Part shown: positions 27,759-37,080 of the stretch, one piece after another | Numbering within the stretch: the first letter of the stretch is position 1 | How the letters are laid out: each line of letters starts with the position of its first letter | Assembly (NCBI GenBank): GCA_028749205.1 | Contig: JAQULR010000004.1 | Coordinates: 41,742 to 105,741, forward strand | Source: Acidobacteriota bacterium | Lineage (GTDB): Bacteria; Acidobacteriota; Aminicenantia; Aminicenantales; Saccharicenantaceae | Direction of reading: 5' to 3' | Length of the DNA stretch: 64,000 nucleotides | Notes under the pieces: generated by a model | The model's database searches: none | What the model was told of the DNA's origin: nothing | The model's input: the letters and a program-made list of their open reading frames with translations, nothing else | Program-made: the position numbers and the translations under genes

Positions 27759-28433
27759 ATGAAGACTACGGTCATAATTCTCGGCGGAGGCCGGGGAACC
27801 CGGCTGGGTTTAGCCTTCCCTAAGCAATTTGCTCCGCTCCAGAACCGACCCCTTTTCGATTATTCGGTAGAAAAATTTATCACCCTTAAAGTTGACCGGA
27901 TAATTGCCGTCCTAATCAATGGCTATCATAATTATTACCAACCTCACCCGGCTATTTTCAAGATCGCTCCGGCTGGCCAGACCAGACAGGAATCCGTCCT
28001 GAGCGGCTTAAGGTCTTGCCCCCAGGAAACTGACCTGGTTATTATTCACGATTCGGCCCGGCCCTTTTTCCCAATGAAAGCTGTCGCTAAGGGGTTGGAA
28101 TCTCTAAAAAAAGATGACTATGACGGTCTGGCTCTGGCCATCCCAGCAACCGACAGTCTGGTTAAAGTTGAGGGACAGGAGATTATCTCCTTTCCTGAGC
28201 GCGGCAAAATCTACTTTACTCAGACTCCTCAGCTTTTCCAGTTTGATAAGATTCGTAGCGCTTATGAGAAGCTGAAAGGTCAAAGTTTTACAGATGATCT
28301 GTCGTTAGCCAAAACGGCCGGCCTGAGATGTGGTCTTCTGCCAGGAAGTCAGATGAATTTCAAGATTACTTCAGAATTTGATTGGTATTTAGCTCGACAA
28401 CTTTTAGAATCTGGCCGGTGGCCGCTATGCTAA
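27759..28433 (+). CDS. ispD: 2-C-methyl-D-erythritol 4-phosphate cytidylyltransferase
   Basis: N-terminal ILGGGRGTRLG...PKQF, HDSARPF and TQTPQ motifs. Confidence 0.8.
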   Translation: MKTTVIILGGGRGTRLGLAFPKQFAPLQNRPLFDYSVEKFITLKVDRIIAVLINGYHNYYQPHPAIFKIAPAGQTRQESVLSGLRSCPQETDLVIIHDSARPFFPMKAVAKGLESLKKDDYDGLALAIPATDSLVKVEGQEIISFPERGKIYFTQTPQLFQFDKIRSAYEKLKGQSFTDDLSLAKTAGLRCGLLPGSQMNFKITSEFDWYLARQLLESGRWPLC

Positions 28434-28460
28434 AATCTCGCTGAAGATTTCCTGGGCTTA

Positions 28461-29768
28461 TCAGGACTTGGCATCGGCCTGGTTTAGTTTAAGAGCCAGC
28501 TGCCTTCTGGAATAACCGGCGAAATAGACCGCCTGGAGAAAAGTCCCGACGGCTACTGCCACCATAGTCTCTCTGGCCAGCCCGCAGACGATTAGAACAA
28601 AAGCCGCCGTGGCAAAAAAATCCCGACGAAAAACAAAAGCCACTTTGGATGCCAGACGGTCAAATGGCTTCTGAAATTCTGGATTGTTCCGGCTGGCTTC
28701 AATTTCCTTGACCACCGCCACTATATTATGACCTAAGCCGGTCTTCCTGGCATAAAATATCAAATGAAGATAAAAGACCAGCATTGATAGCAGGCTAAAG
28801 GCTCCAAGATAGAGCCAAAGATTCTGACCGGTTGTTCTGTAGAGACCCACTGGGAGGGCAGCAAAAAAAGAGACAAAAGTAACAGCATCGGCGGTAATAT
28901 CAAAGGCCCCTCCTGATTTGCTCATCCTGTAGGTCAGCCTGGCGTTTTCTCCATCACAGCCATCAATGACTGAAGCCAGTTCAAAAAGAAAAGCTCCTAA
29001 AACCAGGAGCTGTCGGCCGTAAGCAACACAAAAGACACTTAAGACCCCGACAGTAAAAATCATCGCCGTCAGGGCTGAGGGAGAAATTCCGGTCTTTAAA
29101 ATATATCTGGTCAAAAAAAGCGAAACCCTTCTGTTGATGACCCGGGCAATGAGGCCATCCTGGGGTTTCCGCCCAGTCTGCAAAAGCAATTTTTCGGCTC
29201 GCTTAAAGCTATTTCTGTCAATAACTTTTACCGCAAAACTATCTGATATAATCACCGGCGCAGGCTCCTCGTCGGCTTCAGCCGCAATTTCAGAACCTGT
29301 CTTCCCAGAGACGACGAGTTTTAAGACCGATTCTACCCTGCTCCCAGGCTTTACCGCCAGAAAACCTGGAATATGTTCCTGCTGGCCTTCTTTTCCTGAA
29401 ATCTTTATGGTCACCAGTTCCTGGTCAATTGAAACCAGTTTTTCTTCCAGCCGCGATAAAAGATCCGGAGATAGAACCAGGTCATCATCCATTAGCAACA
29501 GGTAATCATCATCCAGAGAAGACTCTAAGGTTTGAATCGAACTTTCAGGGCCGAGAATTTTCAGCCGAATTTCCCTGTCTAATATCCGGCTATCGGACGA
29601 AAGCTCCATGAGGGTCTTTTTAGTCTGCTCCAGATCAGGATGGAACAGCCAAAATTCTTTAATCCCTGCTTGACTCCCATTAAGAATAATTCTCTTGAGC
29701 AAAGAAAGGCCAAGAAGTTTTTTCTGCCCTCTCTGGCTCAGGATGATAACCGCTTTTCTTAAAAGCAT
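28461..29768 (-). CDS. Degenerate nucleotidyltransferase-like N-domain fused to a CDP-alcohol phosphatidyltransferase membrane domain (IPCT/DIPPS-like architecture)
   Basis: The C-terminal half has the CDP-OH-P-transferase signature DGCDGENAR...G..FD...D and several TM helices. The N-terminal roughly 200 aa is soluble and lacks a clean GxGxR motif. Confidence 0.75.
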   Translation of the reverse strand: MLLRKAVIILSQRGQKKLLGLSLLKRIILNGSQAGIKEFWLFHPDLEQTKKTLMELSSDSRILDREIRLKILGPESSIQTLESSLDDDYLLLMDDDLVLSPDLLSRLEEKLVSIDQELVTIKISGKEGQQEHIPGFLAVKPGSRVESVLKLVVSGKTGSEIAAEADEEPAPVIISDSFAVKVIDRNSFKRAEKLLLQTGRKPQDGLIARVINRRVSLFLTRYILKTGISPSALTAMIFTVGVLSVFCVAYGRQLLVLGAFLFELASVIDGCDGENARLTYRMSKSGGAFDITADAVTFVSFFAALPVGLYRTTGQNLWLYLGAFSLLSMLVFYLHLIFYARKTGLGHNIVAVVKEIEASRNNPEFQKPFDRLASKVAFVFRRDFFATAAFVLIVCGLARETMVAVAVGTFLQAVYFAGYSRRQLALKLNQADAKS

Positions 29769-29821
29769 CTTAATTTACCTTTTAATTCCTTTTATTAATT
29801 TAACTTCCCTATTAACCTGCT

Positions 29822-30565
29822 TTATTGCCCTACACCCTCTAACCAGCTTCCGCCAGTTTTTAGAAAAGCCTCAGCTTTTCCCAGGGCATTTTCATCATCA
29901 ACATCTATCCAGAACCTGTTGGCTACCTCCAGGGCCCGGGCCTGACCTCTGGCAGCCAGCCTCTTTACTCCGCCAGACAGACTGAAATTTTGAAACAGCC
30001 GCTGGCTTTCTTCCAGAGCCTGAAAAATAGCAGGGCTGCAATAGAAAATTCCCGTATCAAAAGCGTTATAATCAGTTAGTCCCTTACCAATGTCCACAAT
30101 AAATCCATCCTGAATCCTGACCCTGGTGACATCTTCCAGATCAACATAAGGATGACTGTCAATTTTAGAATCGACGGCCAGAATTAATTGGCCGTTCTTC
30201 AGTTCAGCCTTTTTTAGTTCTATTAGAATCGACGGATCAAAAATATGGTCAGCCATCAGCAAAAAAAAAGGTTGGCCAAGAAAAGGTTGAGCTTTATAAA
30301 CCGATAGTCCATTTTCCTTCTGCCATTCTTCATTCAAGACAAAGTTAAAGCTAATCTCTTCAGGATAAACCTGGTTTTTAAGATGATCTTCTACCTGATC
30401 ACTTTGATATCCCGTAACCACTACTATATCTTTAATCCCGGCTCTAATCAGAGCTTTTACCACCCAGTCAATTAGAGGCTGCTGGGCGATAGGCAAAAGC
30501 GGCTTTGAGGGAAAAATATTAGACAACCTTTTACCCCGCCCTGCCGCTATGATTAAACCTTTCAC
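29822..30565 (-). CDS. Sugar/alcohol-phosphate nucleotidyltransferase (cytidylyltransferase-like)
   Basis: N-terminal GLIIAAGRGKRL (GxGxRL) motif. GTG start with an AGGAG RBS. It lies directly upstream of the CDP-alcohol transferase gene on the same strand. Confidence 0.75.
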   Translation of the reverse strand: MKGLIIAAGRGKRLSNIFPSKPLLPIAQQPLIDWVVKALIRAGIKDIVVVTGYQSDQVEDHLKNQVYPEEISFNFVLNEEWQKENGLSVYKAQPFLGQPFFLLMADHIFDPSILIELKKAELKNGQLILAVDSKIDSHPYVDLEDVTRVRIQDGFIVDIGKGLTDYNAFDTGIFYCSPAIFQALEESQRLFQNFSLSGGVKRLAARGQARALEVANRFWIDVDDENALGKAEAFLKTGGSWLEGVGQ

Positions 30566-30899
30566 TTAAAAACTCCTAACCGGGATTATCTGATTGATTC
30601 ACTCTGATCTTCAGACCTTTAATTTTACGGTAAACAACTAAAATTGTCCATTGAAAAACCGCTTAGTAGCCAAACCAGGGGATAGAGCTCCACCACCTCC
30701 AGCCAAGCTCAGGTATACATTCAAAGTTCAGGCCATAAATTCCAGCAATACTGGCCTGCCACCCGCGATAGATCACCAGGCGAGTGGAACACCCCGGCAG
30801 TCTCTCGCAATGAGAGCTCTCTTACCATGACCTTGGTGATTTTAAGGTCACTATCGAGCTAATAATGCCAGTTAATATATTTACCCAGGTAAGATATCC

Positions 30900-33224
30900 C
30901 TAATTTCTATTTTTGAACTGATATTCTTTTGGAGGCTCTGCTCCCAAAAGGTGTTTGACAAAATAATCCCAGCGGCGTCTCATCATATAGGCTTCCCGGC
31001 CAAATCCATGCCCTCGGTTGGGAAACAAAATGAGGTCGAAATCCTTATTGGCAGCAATAAGTTCGTTTACTACCAGCAGGGTGTTGTACATGGGCACATT
31101 GGAATCCATAGTTCCGTGAGCTAAGAGCAGCTTGCCTTTCAGATTTTTTGCCTGGAGCTGATTGGCCTGGTTATCGTAATTAGTGGTGCCGTCGGGATAA
31201 ACCTCAAGTAAACCTTGCCATTTTTCTCCCCAATCGTCTTCATAATTACGGTTGTCGTGATTTCCGGCACTGCTGACTGCTACTTTAAAGAAATCAGGAT
31301 AACGCAGAATAGCTCCGGTAGAAGCAAATCCGCCGCCTGAATGGCCGTAAATTCCGGCCCGGTCGATATCAATCCAGGGGTACCTTTCAGCCAGTTGTTT
31401 CATAGCAGTTACCTGGTCAGGCAGACCATTATCGCCCAGATTACCGTAATAAGCCGCCTGAAATGATTTTGACCGCATAGGAGTTCCCATGGCATCTATA
31501 GCCACCACAATGAATCCCAGCTCAGCCAAAGCTTGGTTTTCACCATGTGAAGCCCGGAAACTGCGGCTGCCCACACTTCCTGTTTGTGGCCCAGGGTAGA
31601 TGTAATTGATAATGGGATATTTTTTGTTAGGGTCGAAGTTGGTAGGCTTGAACATTAATCCATAAAGGTCGGTTTTCCCATCTCTTGCTTTTACAGTAAA
31701 CGGCACCGGTGGCTTCCAGCCTTCCTCGATTAGAGAAGATATATCGGCTTTTTCCAGAGTTAAAATCTTCCGGCCGTCTAAATCACAAATCTCACTTATC
31801 GGAGGTTCCACCGGAGTTGACCTGCTGTGAACAAAGTATTGACCGGATGGGCTGAAAGTTATAGTGTGATTAGAAATCTCCGGAGTCAAAAGTTCTACCT
31901 CCGAGCCATCCATTCCTACCCGGTAGAGATACTGAAAATAGGGATCACCGTTTTCCCGGCCGCAGCCAGTAAAATAAATAACCCGCTCTTTCCGGTCTAT
32001 CTTTAATACTTGAAGCACATTCCAGCTACCTTCGGTCAGGCGTCTCTTAAGCTGACCTGTGTTTAAGTCATAAAGATAAAGATGGCCCCAGTCGTCGCGC
32101 TGGGAAAACCAGAGGACTTCATTGGACTCAGGTAGGATATGCCAGTTAACCTGGTTGAATCCCGATTCAAAAAACGTATCCACCTTTTCTTCCAGAATAT
32201 CTCTGACTTCTCCTGTTGCGGCCTCAGCTATCCGCAGGACTACCTGTTGGTGGTCGCGGGAGACCGAAGCAAAAGCAAATTGAGAGCAATCCGGGCTCCA
32301 TTCTGCATCGGCCAGCTCTCCATTCCCTAAAGCGATATGATCGGTGATAGTAGAGCGATGCATGTCAGGCGGCATCTGGAGCCTGACAATCCGGGGACCA
32401 TCAAGATGAATAATCACCCGGTGAATCTGAAAAATAGAATCATCTCCAGGAAGGGGATATTTCCAGGCCTCAAGTTTTGGGTGGCCAACATTGGTGGTTA
32501 CCAGGTACATCTCGCCCACTTTTCTACCGTCATGCTGGAAAGTGGCAATTTTCTTTGAATCCGGTGACCACAGGAGCACTGGCCGCTCGCTTTTTATCCA
32601 GCCAGCGTTGTTGGTGGCATAACCAAAATCTTTAATACCATCTCTGGTAAGCTGAGTTTCTTCGCCAGAAGAAAGATCTCTTACCCAGAGATTGTAATCA
32701 CGGATAAAAGCCCCCAGTTTGCCATCGGGAGAGACAAATATCTGGCGATCTAAATCTACTTTTTTCTCATTTTTAGTACAGAGGTTTTTCTTTAGATCAT
32801 AGGTATATTGGACAGAATCTACCTTAAATGAAATTGAGGTGCGGTCGTCTGAAAACTCAATTGTCCGGAAAGGAAGCTGGAACGGCTCATACGACTCCCC
32901 CGAGGCTTGACTTAAAGCTTTGGCCAGCTGTTGATGATCGAAAGCTCTCTGCCTTTTTTTATTTTTCATGTCCACCAGGACAAATTCATATCCCTCCTGG
33001 ATATTGTTCCGGTACCAGAAGCTGTCTTCATCAATCCAACTGGGCAGGACACTGCCGCCAAAAACCAGCGGTTCCGTGTACTGACTTAAATATTTTTCAG
33101 CCCGGGCGTAGTCCTCGACTGTCAGAATCTTCTTTCCAGTCTCGGCCGACAAGGTAAAATTTGAGATTAAAAACACCAGCAGCCCTAAAGCTGCCAGAAA
33201 AAAATTTTTCTTTGGTAGTTTCAA
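30900..33224 (-). CDS. Dipeptidyl-peptidase IV family serine peptidase (S9B)
   Basis: Signal peptide, an N-terminal propeller region, and the nucleophile elbow GHSGGG. TTG start with an AGGAGG RBS. Confidence 0.85.
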   Translation of the reverse strand: MKLPKKNFFLAALGLLVFLISNFTLSAETGKKILTVEDYARAEKYLSQYTEPLVFGGSVLPSWIDEDSFWYRNNIQEGYEFVLVDMKNKKRQRAFDHQQLAKALSQASGESYEPFQLPFRTIEFSDDRTSISFKVDSVQYTYDLKKNLCTKNEKKVDLDRQIFVSPDGKLGAFIRDYNLWVRDLSSGEETQLTRDGIKDFGYATNNAGWIKSERPVLLWSPDSKKIATFQHDGRKVGEMYLVTTNVGHPKLEAWKYPLPGDDSIFQIHRVIIHLDGPRIVRLQMPPDMHRSTITDHIALGNGELADAEWSPDCSQFAFASVSRDHQQVVLRIAEAATGEVRDILEEKVDTFFESGFNQVNWHILPESNEVLWFSQRDDWGHLYLYDLNTGQLKRRLTEGSWNVLQVLKIDRKERVIYFTGCGRENGDPYFQYLYRVGMDGSEVELLTPEISNHTITFSPSGQYFVHSRSTPVEPPISEICDLDGRKILTLEKADISSLIEEGWKPPVPFTVKARDGKTDLYGLMFKPTNFDPNKKYPIINYIYPGPQTGSVGSRSFRASHGENQALAELGFIVVAIDAMGTPMRSKSFQAAYYGNLGDNGLPDQVTAMKQLAERYPWIDIDRAGIYGHSGGGFASTGAILRYPDFFKVAVSSAGNHDNRNYEDDWGEKWQGLLEVYPDGTTNYDNQANQLQAKNLKGKLLLAHGTMDSNVPMYNTLLVVNELIAANKDFDLILFPNRGHGFGREAYMMRRRWDYFVKHLLGAEPPKEYQFKNRN

Positions 33225-33547
33225 GTTTTTCCTCCTTCAAAACATTTTGCCAGCTTTGAACATACAATATCTTTAACCCAAAAACAATTACCTGGTGGAG
33301 CGTTTCTATTTCTGCAACCGAGAGCGTATATGAAGAAGAGAGTCCCTTGACCACCACTATAACCAGACTCAAAGAGATTTAAACCGCACTCTTGATCACT
33401 AATTTGACGAATCTATAAAACTAAAGCCAATTAGCCCGAGGGATAATAAATATTTTCTTGTTTTAAACTAAAAATTAAAGTATTTTTGTAAAGTCGGAAA
33501 GGTAATTAATAATTAATTGATATTAACTGATAAGGAAGGAAACCGCC

Positions 33548-34207
33548 ATGAGAAAAACCTGTAAAAGGTGTTTGCCTTTCTTTCTCTTTATCTTATTTTT
33601 GGTGCTCTGCCCCGGCAGCTCTCTAACTGCTACTGAGATTAATTACGGGCTTAAAGGCGGGCTCAGCCTGGGGAAAGTCAACACCAGACCTGAATATTTG
33701 GTAGAAGGTTTTCCCTGGAAAACCAAAACAGGATTGGTTGGAGGAGCTTTCCTCAGCCTGGAAGTCGTGAAAGGCCTGGCCATTCAACCAGAGGTCCTCT
33801 TGGTGCAGAAAGGAGCCAGACTGTTAGATGAAGAATATGATTTTGAAGCCAGGTTTAGTTTTGATTATTTTGAAATCCCTGTTCTTTTGAAAATTGATTT
33901 GAACCTGCCAGACTCGGTTGTGGTTCCCTCCATTTTCTTCGGACCTTTTTTTGGCTTTAATAACCAAGCTAAGGTGACCCTAAAAGAAGCCTCTTTGGAA
34001 GAAACCGAAGATATCAAAGCAGATTTAGAAAAATCCGAATACGGCTTGACTTTTGGCTTGCTGCTGACCCAGAGATGGGGGCCAGGAAAGTTTCTGGTGG
34101 ATATCCGCTACGACCTGGGATTAGCTAATATCTTAATCCCAGAATCAGGCTGGACAGATACCATGAAAACCAGAACCTGGCTCTTTATGATTGGCTATAG
34201 TTTCTAA
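33548..34207 (+). CDS. Small outer-membrane beta-barrel (porin-family) protein, paralog 1
   Basis: Signal peptide, alternating beta-strand pattern and a C-terminal beta-signal ...TRTWLFMIGYSF. Confidence 0.8.
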   Translation: MRKTCKRCLPFFLFILFLVLCPGSSLTATEINYGLKGGLSLGKVNTRPEYLVEGFPWKTKTGLVGGAFLSLEVVKGLAIQPEVLLVQKGARLLDEEYDFEARFSFDYFEIPVLLKIDLNLPDSVVVPSIFFGPFFGFNNQAKVTLKEASLEETEDIKADLEKSEYGLTFGLLLTQRWGPGKFLVDIRYDLGLANILIPESGWTDTMKTRTWLFMIGYSF

Positions 34208-34470
34208 AAACCCTGGCCCGCATCTTGATTTCAATCATCCCCCAATCAGTTCAATTTTACCTGCTTTATTCTCCCTTGCCAGTGGAAAATCAGGATCCCG
34301 ATAGGGAAAATTGAGAAAAAGGAAATAAGAGACACGAACCGATTTAGGTGAAGCCTCACGGGCTAAACTCAATAACCTCCTGGTATTGTTGAAGGCGGAA
34401 CCCCGCACCGACAGCCTATCAGAATTCTCCATTCATCCCTGAGCTTAAGCCCACAGCTTTCTGGTGCTTC

Positions 34471-34516
34471 GGAAAATCATATCGTGTCATGATTTTCCTC
34501 TCAATAATAATTGAGA
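34471..34516. promoter_or_regulatory. Two abutting perfect hairpins in the spacer between the OMP paralogs
   Basis: The first is GGAAAATCAT-atcgtgtc-ATGATTTTCC (10 bp stem, 34471-34498). It is followed immediately by TCTCAAT-aata-ATTGAGA (7 bp stem, 34499-34516). Neither has a U-tract on either strand. Confidence 0.3.
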
Positions 34517-34675
34517 ATCTCGAAACATGTCCTTTTTTATGAATAATACCGGTTTTATAAATTTTGGCCATAGGTGTTGTTTTTTATAAGGGTTTCCTGT
34601 ATTATGGGTAAAGTTTGGGTTATATTAACCTCCAATAATCTAATCCAAAAAAACTTAAAGTAAAGGAGTTCACGA

Positions 34676-35326
34676 GTGAAAAAACTAAGTAAAAAGTTGT
34701 CGGTGATGGTCATAACTCTATTACTAATTGGCCTGCTGGTTTCACCCAGTTTCTCAGCCATCAAGTTTGGAGTCAAGGGAGGGTTATCATTGGCCAATCT
34801 GTCTTTCGAGCCAGGTATCCCTGAAGTTGATTTTAAGAGCAAGGCTGGTTTTGTCGGAGGAGTTTCTATGAACATCGGCTTGAGCAGGATGTTCAGTCTG
34901 CAACCCGAAGTTCTTTACGTTCAAAAAGGCAGCAAATTCTCAGAGGGTATTAACGGAGATTCATACGAGGTTAAAATTAACTTTGATTACCTGGAAATTC
35001 CTCTGTTATTGAATTTATCTTTTCAGAAAGAGGGTTCTTCTTTTGCTCCTTCAATCTTTGCCGGACCTTACATTGGCTTGAACACCAGCGCTAAGGCCAA
35101 GGCAACCTATGGCGGTGAAACCTATACTGAGGATCTTAAAGACTATATAAAAGACACCGATTTTGGTTTGACTTTTGGAATTGGTTTGGGCAAGCAGCTT
35201 GGGGCCGGAAAACTTCTTCTGGATGTTCGTTATGATCTCGGACTTACCAATATTGTTGAAGACGCAGCTGAGGGAGAATCCGCTAAGACCAGAACCTGGC
35301 TCTTTATGATTGGCTATTCCTTCTAA
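34676..35326 (+). CDS. Small outer-membrane beta-barrel (porin-family) protein, paralog 2
   Basis: Same architecture as 33548-34207, with an identical last 12 residues TRTWLFMIGYSF. GTG start with an AAGGAG RBS. Confidence 0.8.
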   Translation: MKKLSKKLSVMVITLLLIGLLVSPSFSAIKFGVKGGLSLANLSFEPGIPEVDFKSKAGFVGGVSMNIGLSRMFSLQPEVLYVQKGSKFSEGINGDSYEVKINFDYLEIPLLLNLSFQKEGSSFAPSIFAGPYIGLNTSAKAKATYGGETYTEDLKDYIKDTDFGLTFGIGLGKQLGAGKLLLDVRYDLGLTNIVEDAAEGESAKTRTWLFMIGYSF

Positions 35327-35351
35327 TTTTATAACTACGACCAGACTATGA

Positions 35352-35383
35352 GGGAAGGATAGTAATTATCCTTCCCTTTTTTT
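35352..35383 (+). terminator. Rho-independent terminator after OMP paralog 2
   Basis: GGGAAGGAT-agtaatt-ATCCTTCCC followed by TTTTTTT. Confidence 0.8.
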
Positions 35384-35503
35384 ACTTCGCTTTTTTTATT
35401 TCATTTCTTCAGTCTTTTTCGACCCAAGCTCTCGCCTGTAACTTTGTAGTTTGACTCCCCTTAATTTTATTTATCCAACCTTATTTATACAGTTAACTAT
35501 TTA

Positions 35504-35531
35504 TTGTCAATTTATTCATCAGGTTTATAAT
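35504..35531 (+). promoter_or_regulatory. Sigma70-like promoter candidate for thiM-thiE-thiL
   Basis: TTGTCA, a 16 nt spacer, then TATAAT. It lies about 20 nt upstream of the ATG at 35552, with an AGGAGG RBS in between. Confidence 0.4.
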
Positions 35532-35551
35532 AAGTCAGGAGGTAACTGGCT

Positions 35552-36373
35552 ATGCTTTCATCAGAGATTATTGTTGGCGACCTGGAAAAAATCCGCAACC
35601 AGGCTCCCCTGGTTCATAACATTACCAACTATGTTGCCATGAACATCACCGCCAATGCTCTTTTATCGATAGGAGCCTCGCCCGTTATGGCTCATGCCCT
35701 GGATGAAGTGGAAGACATGGTAGCCCTGGCTTCAGCCCTGGTCATTAACATCGGAACCTTGAGCCAGCCCTGGGTTGAAGCCATGGATAAAGCCATCAAA
35801 GCTGCTGAGGAGAAAAGAATTCCGGTTATTCTGGACCCAGTAGGAGCCGGAGCTACAGCTTACCGAACAACTACGGCCAGGCGGCTGCTGGACTCAGGCC
35901 CGGTGGCTATAATCAGGGGAAACGCCTCAGAAATCAGGTCGCTGGTTGTGACAAATGCTAAAACCAAAGGGGTAGACAGCCTTGAGGGTCCTGAAGCTGC
36001 AATTGAAGCTGGTCAGCTACTTTCAACTAAATTCAACTGCGCAGTCAGTATCAGCGGGCCAATTGATATTATTATCAGAGGTGACGAAAATGTTAGCATA
36101 GCTAACGGTCATCCTTTGATGCCAAGGGTCACCGGGCTGGGATGTACCGCTTCAGCCCTAACCGGAGCCTTTGCGGCAGTTAATCCAGACTTTCTGGAAG
36201 CTGCAACCGGCGCCATGGCCGTGATGGGCATTTGCGGAGAGCTGGCCGCCGAGAAAGCCCAGGGACCAGCCAGTTTCGAGCTTCAGTTCTTAGACTGGCT
36301 TTATCTAATAGACCAGAAACAAATCACCGCCAGATTGAAAATTTCTATTCAAGATGCGGACAGGAGGGAATAG
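35552..36373 (+). CDS. thiM: Hydroxyethylthiazole kinase
   Basis: ThiM-like sequence throughout (NITNYVAMN..., VTGLGC). It is followed by thiE. Confidence 0.85.
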   Translation: MLSSEIIVGDLEKIRNQAPLVHNITNYVAMNITANALLSIGASPVMAHALDEVEDMVALASALVINIGTLSQPWVEAMDKAIKAAEEKRIPVILDPVGAGATAYRTTTARRLLDSGPVAIIRGNASEIRSLVVTNAKTKGVDSLEGPEAAIEAGQLLSTKFNCAVSISGPIDIIIRGDENVSIANGHPLMPRVTGLGCTASALTGAFAAVNPDFLEAATGAMAVMGICGELAAEKAQGPASFELQFLDWLYLIDQKQITARLKISIQDADRRE

Positions 36374-37078
36374 ATGGCAGAGATGGGCGCTGACAGGAGA
36401 AGCTCCGGACAGCCAGTAACGAGCATGAAGAAAAAACAGACTCTTGATCTCAGCCTTTATCTAGTTACTGACCGCCGTTTAGCTCAAAATAGACCCCTTC
36501 AAGAATTAGTCAAGAGAGCAGTGTCTGGAGGAGTAACTGTGGTCCAGCTAAGAGAAAAGGATTGTTCATCCCGGGAGTTTTTAGAGCTGGCACTTGAAAT
36601 CAAAAAGGTTTTAACGCCCGAAATTCCTCTGATTATAAATGACCGTCTCGACATAGCCCTGGCAGCTAAAGCCGACGGCCTTCACCTTGGCCAAACAGAC
36701 CTTCCAGTAGAGGTGGCCAGAAAACTTCTCGGCCCCAGGGCAATAATTGGCCTTTCGGTGGAAACTTCAGAGCAGCTTACCCGAGCTCGGAATCTACCGG
36801 TTGATTATTTGGCTTTAAGTCCGGTTTTTTTGACTTCAACCAAGACCGATACTGCCCCCGCCTGGGGTCTGGAAGGAATAGCTGAAGCCAGAAAAATAAC
36901 CAGTCAGCCTCTGGTAGCCATCGGTGGTCTGAACAAAACCAATGTCCCCGAGGTCATCAAGGCCGGAGCTGACGGAGTAGCTGTGGTTTCAGCCATCTGC
37001 GCCGCCGAGGATCCCGAAGAGGCCGCCAGAAATCTAAGAAGGCTGGTTGATGAAGCTCGAAAAATAAGAGAAATATAA
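36374..37078 (+). CDS. thiE: Thiamine-phosphate synthase
   Basis: LYLVTD and VQLREK motifs, GGI near the C-terminus. An AGGAGGG RBS precedes ATG 36374. An alternative internal start exists at MKKKQ. Confidence 0.85.
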   Translation: MAEMGADRRSSGQPVTSMKKKQTLDLSLYLVTDRRLAQNRPLQELVKRAVSGGVTVVQLREKDCSSREFLELALEIKKVLTPEIPLIINDRLDIALAAKADGLHLGQTDLPVEVARKLLGPRAIIGLSVETSEQLTRARNLPVDYLALSPVFLTSTKTDTAPAWGLEGIAEARKITSQPLVAIGGLNKTNVPEVIKAGADGVAVVSAICAAEDPEEAARNLRRLVDEARKIREI

Positions 37079-37080
37079 AA

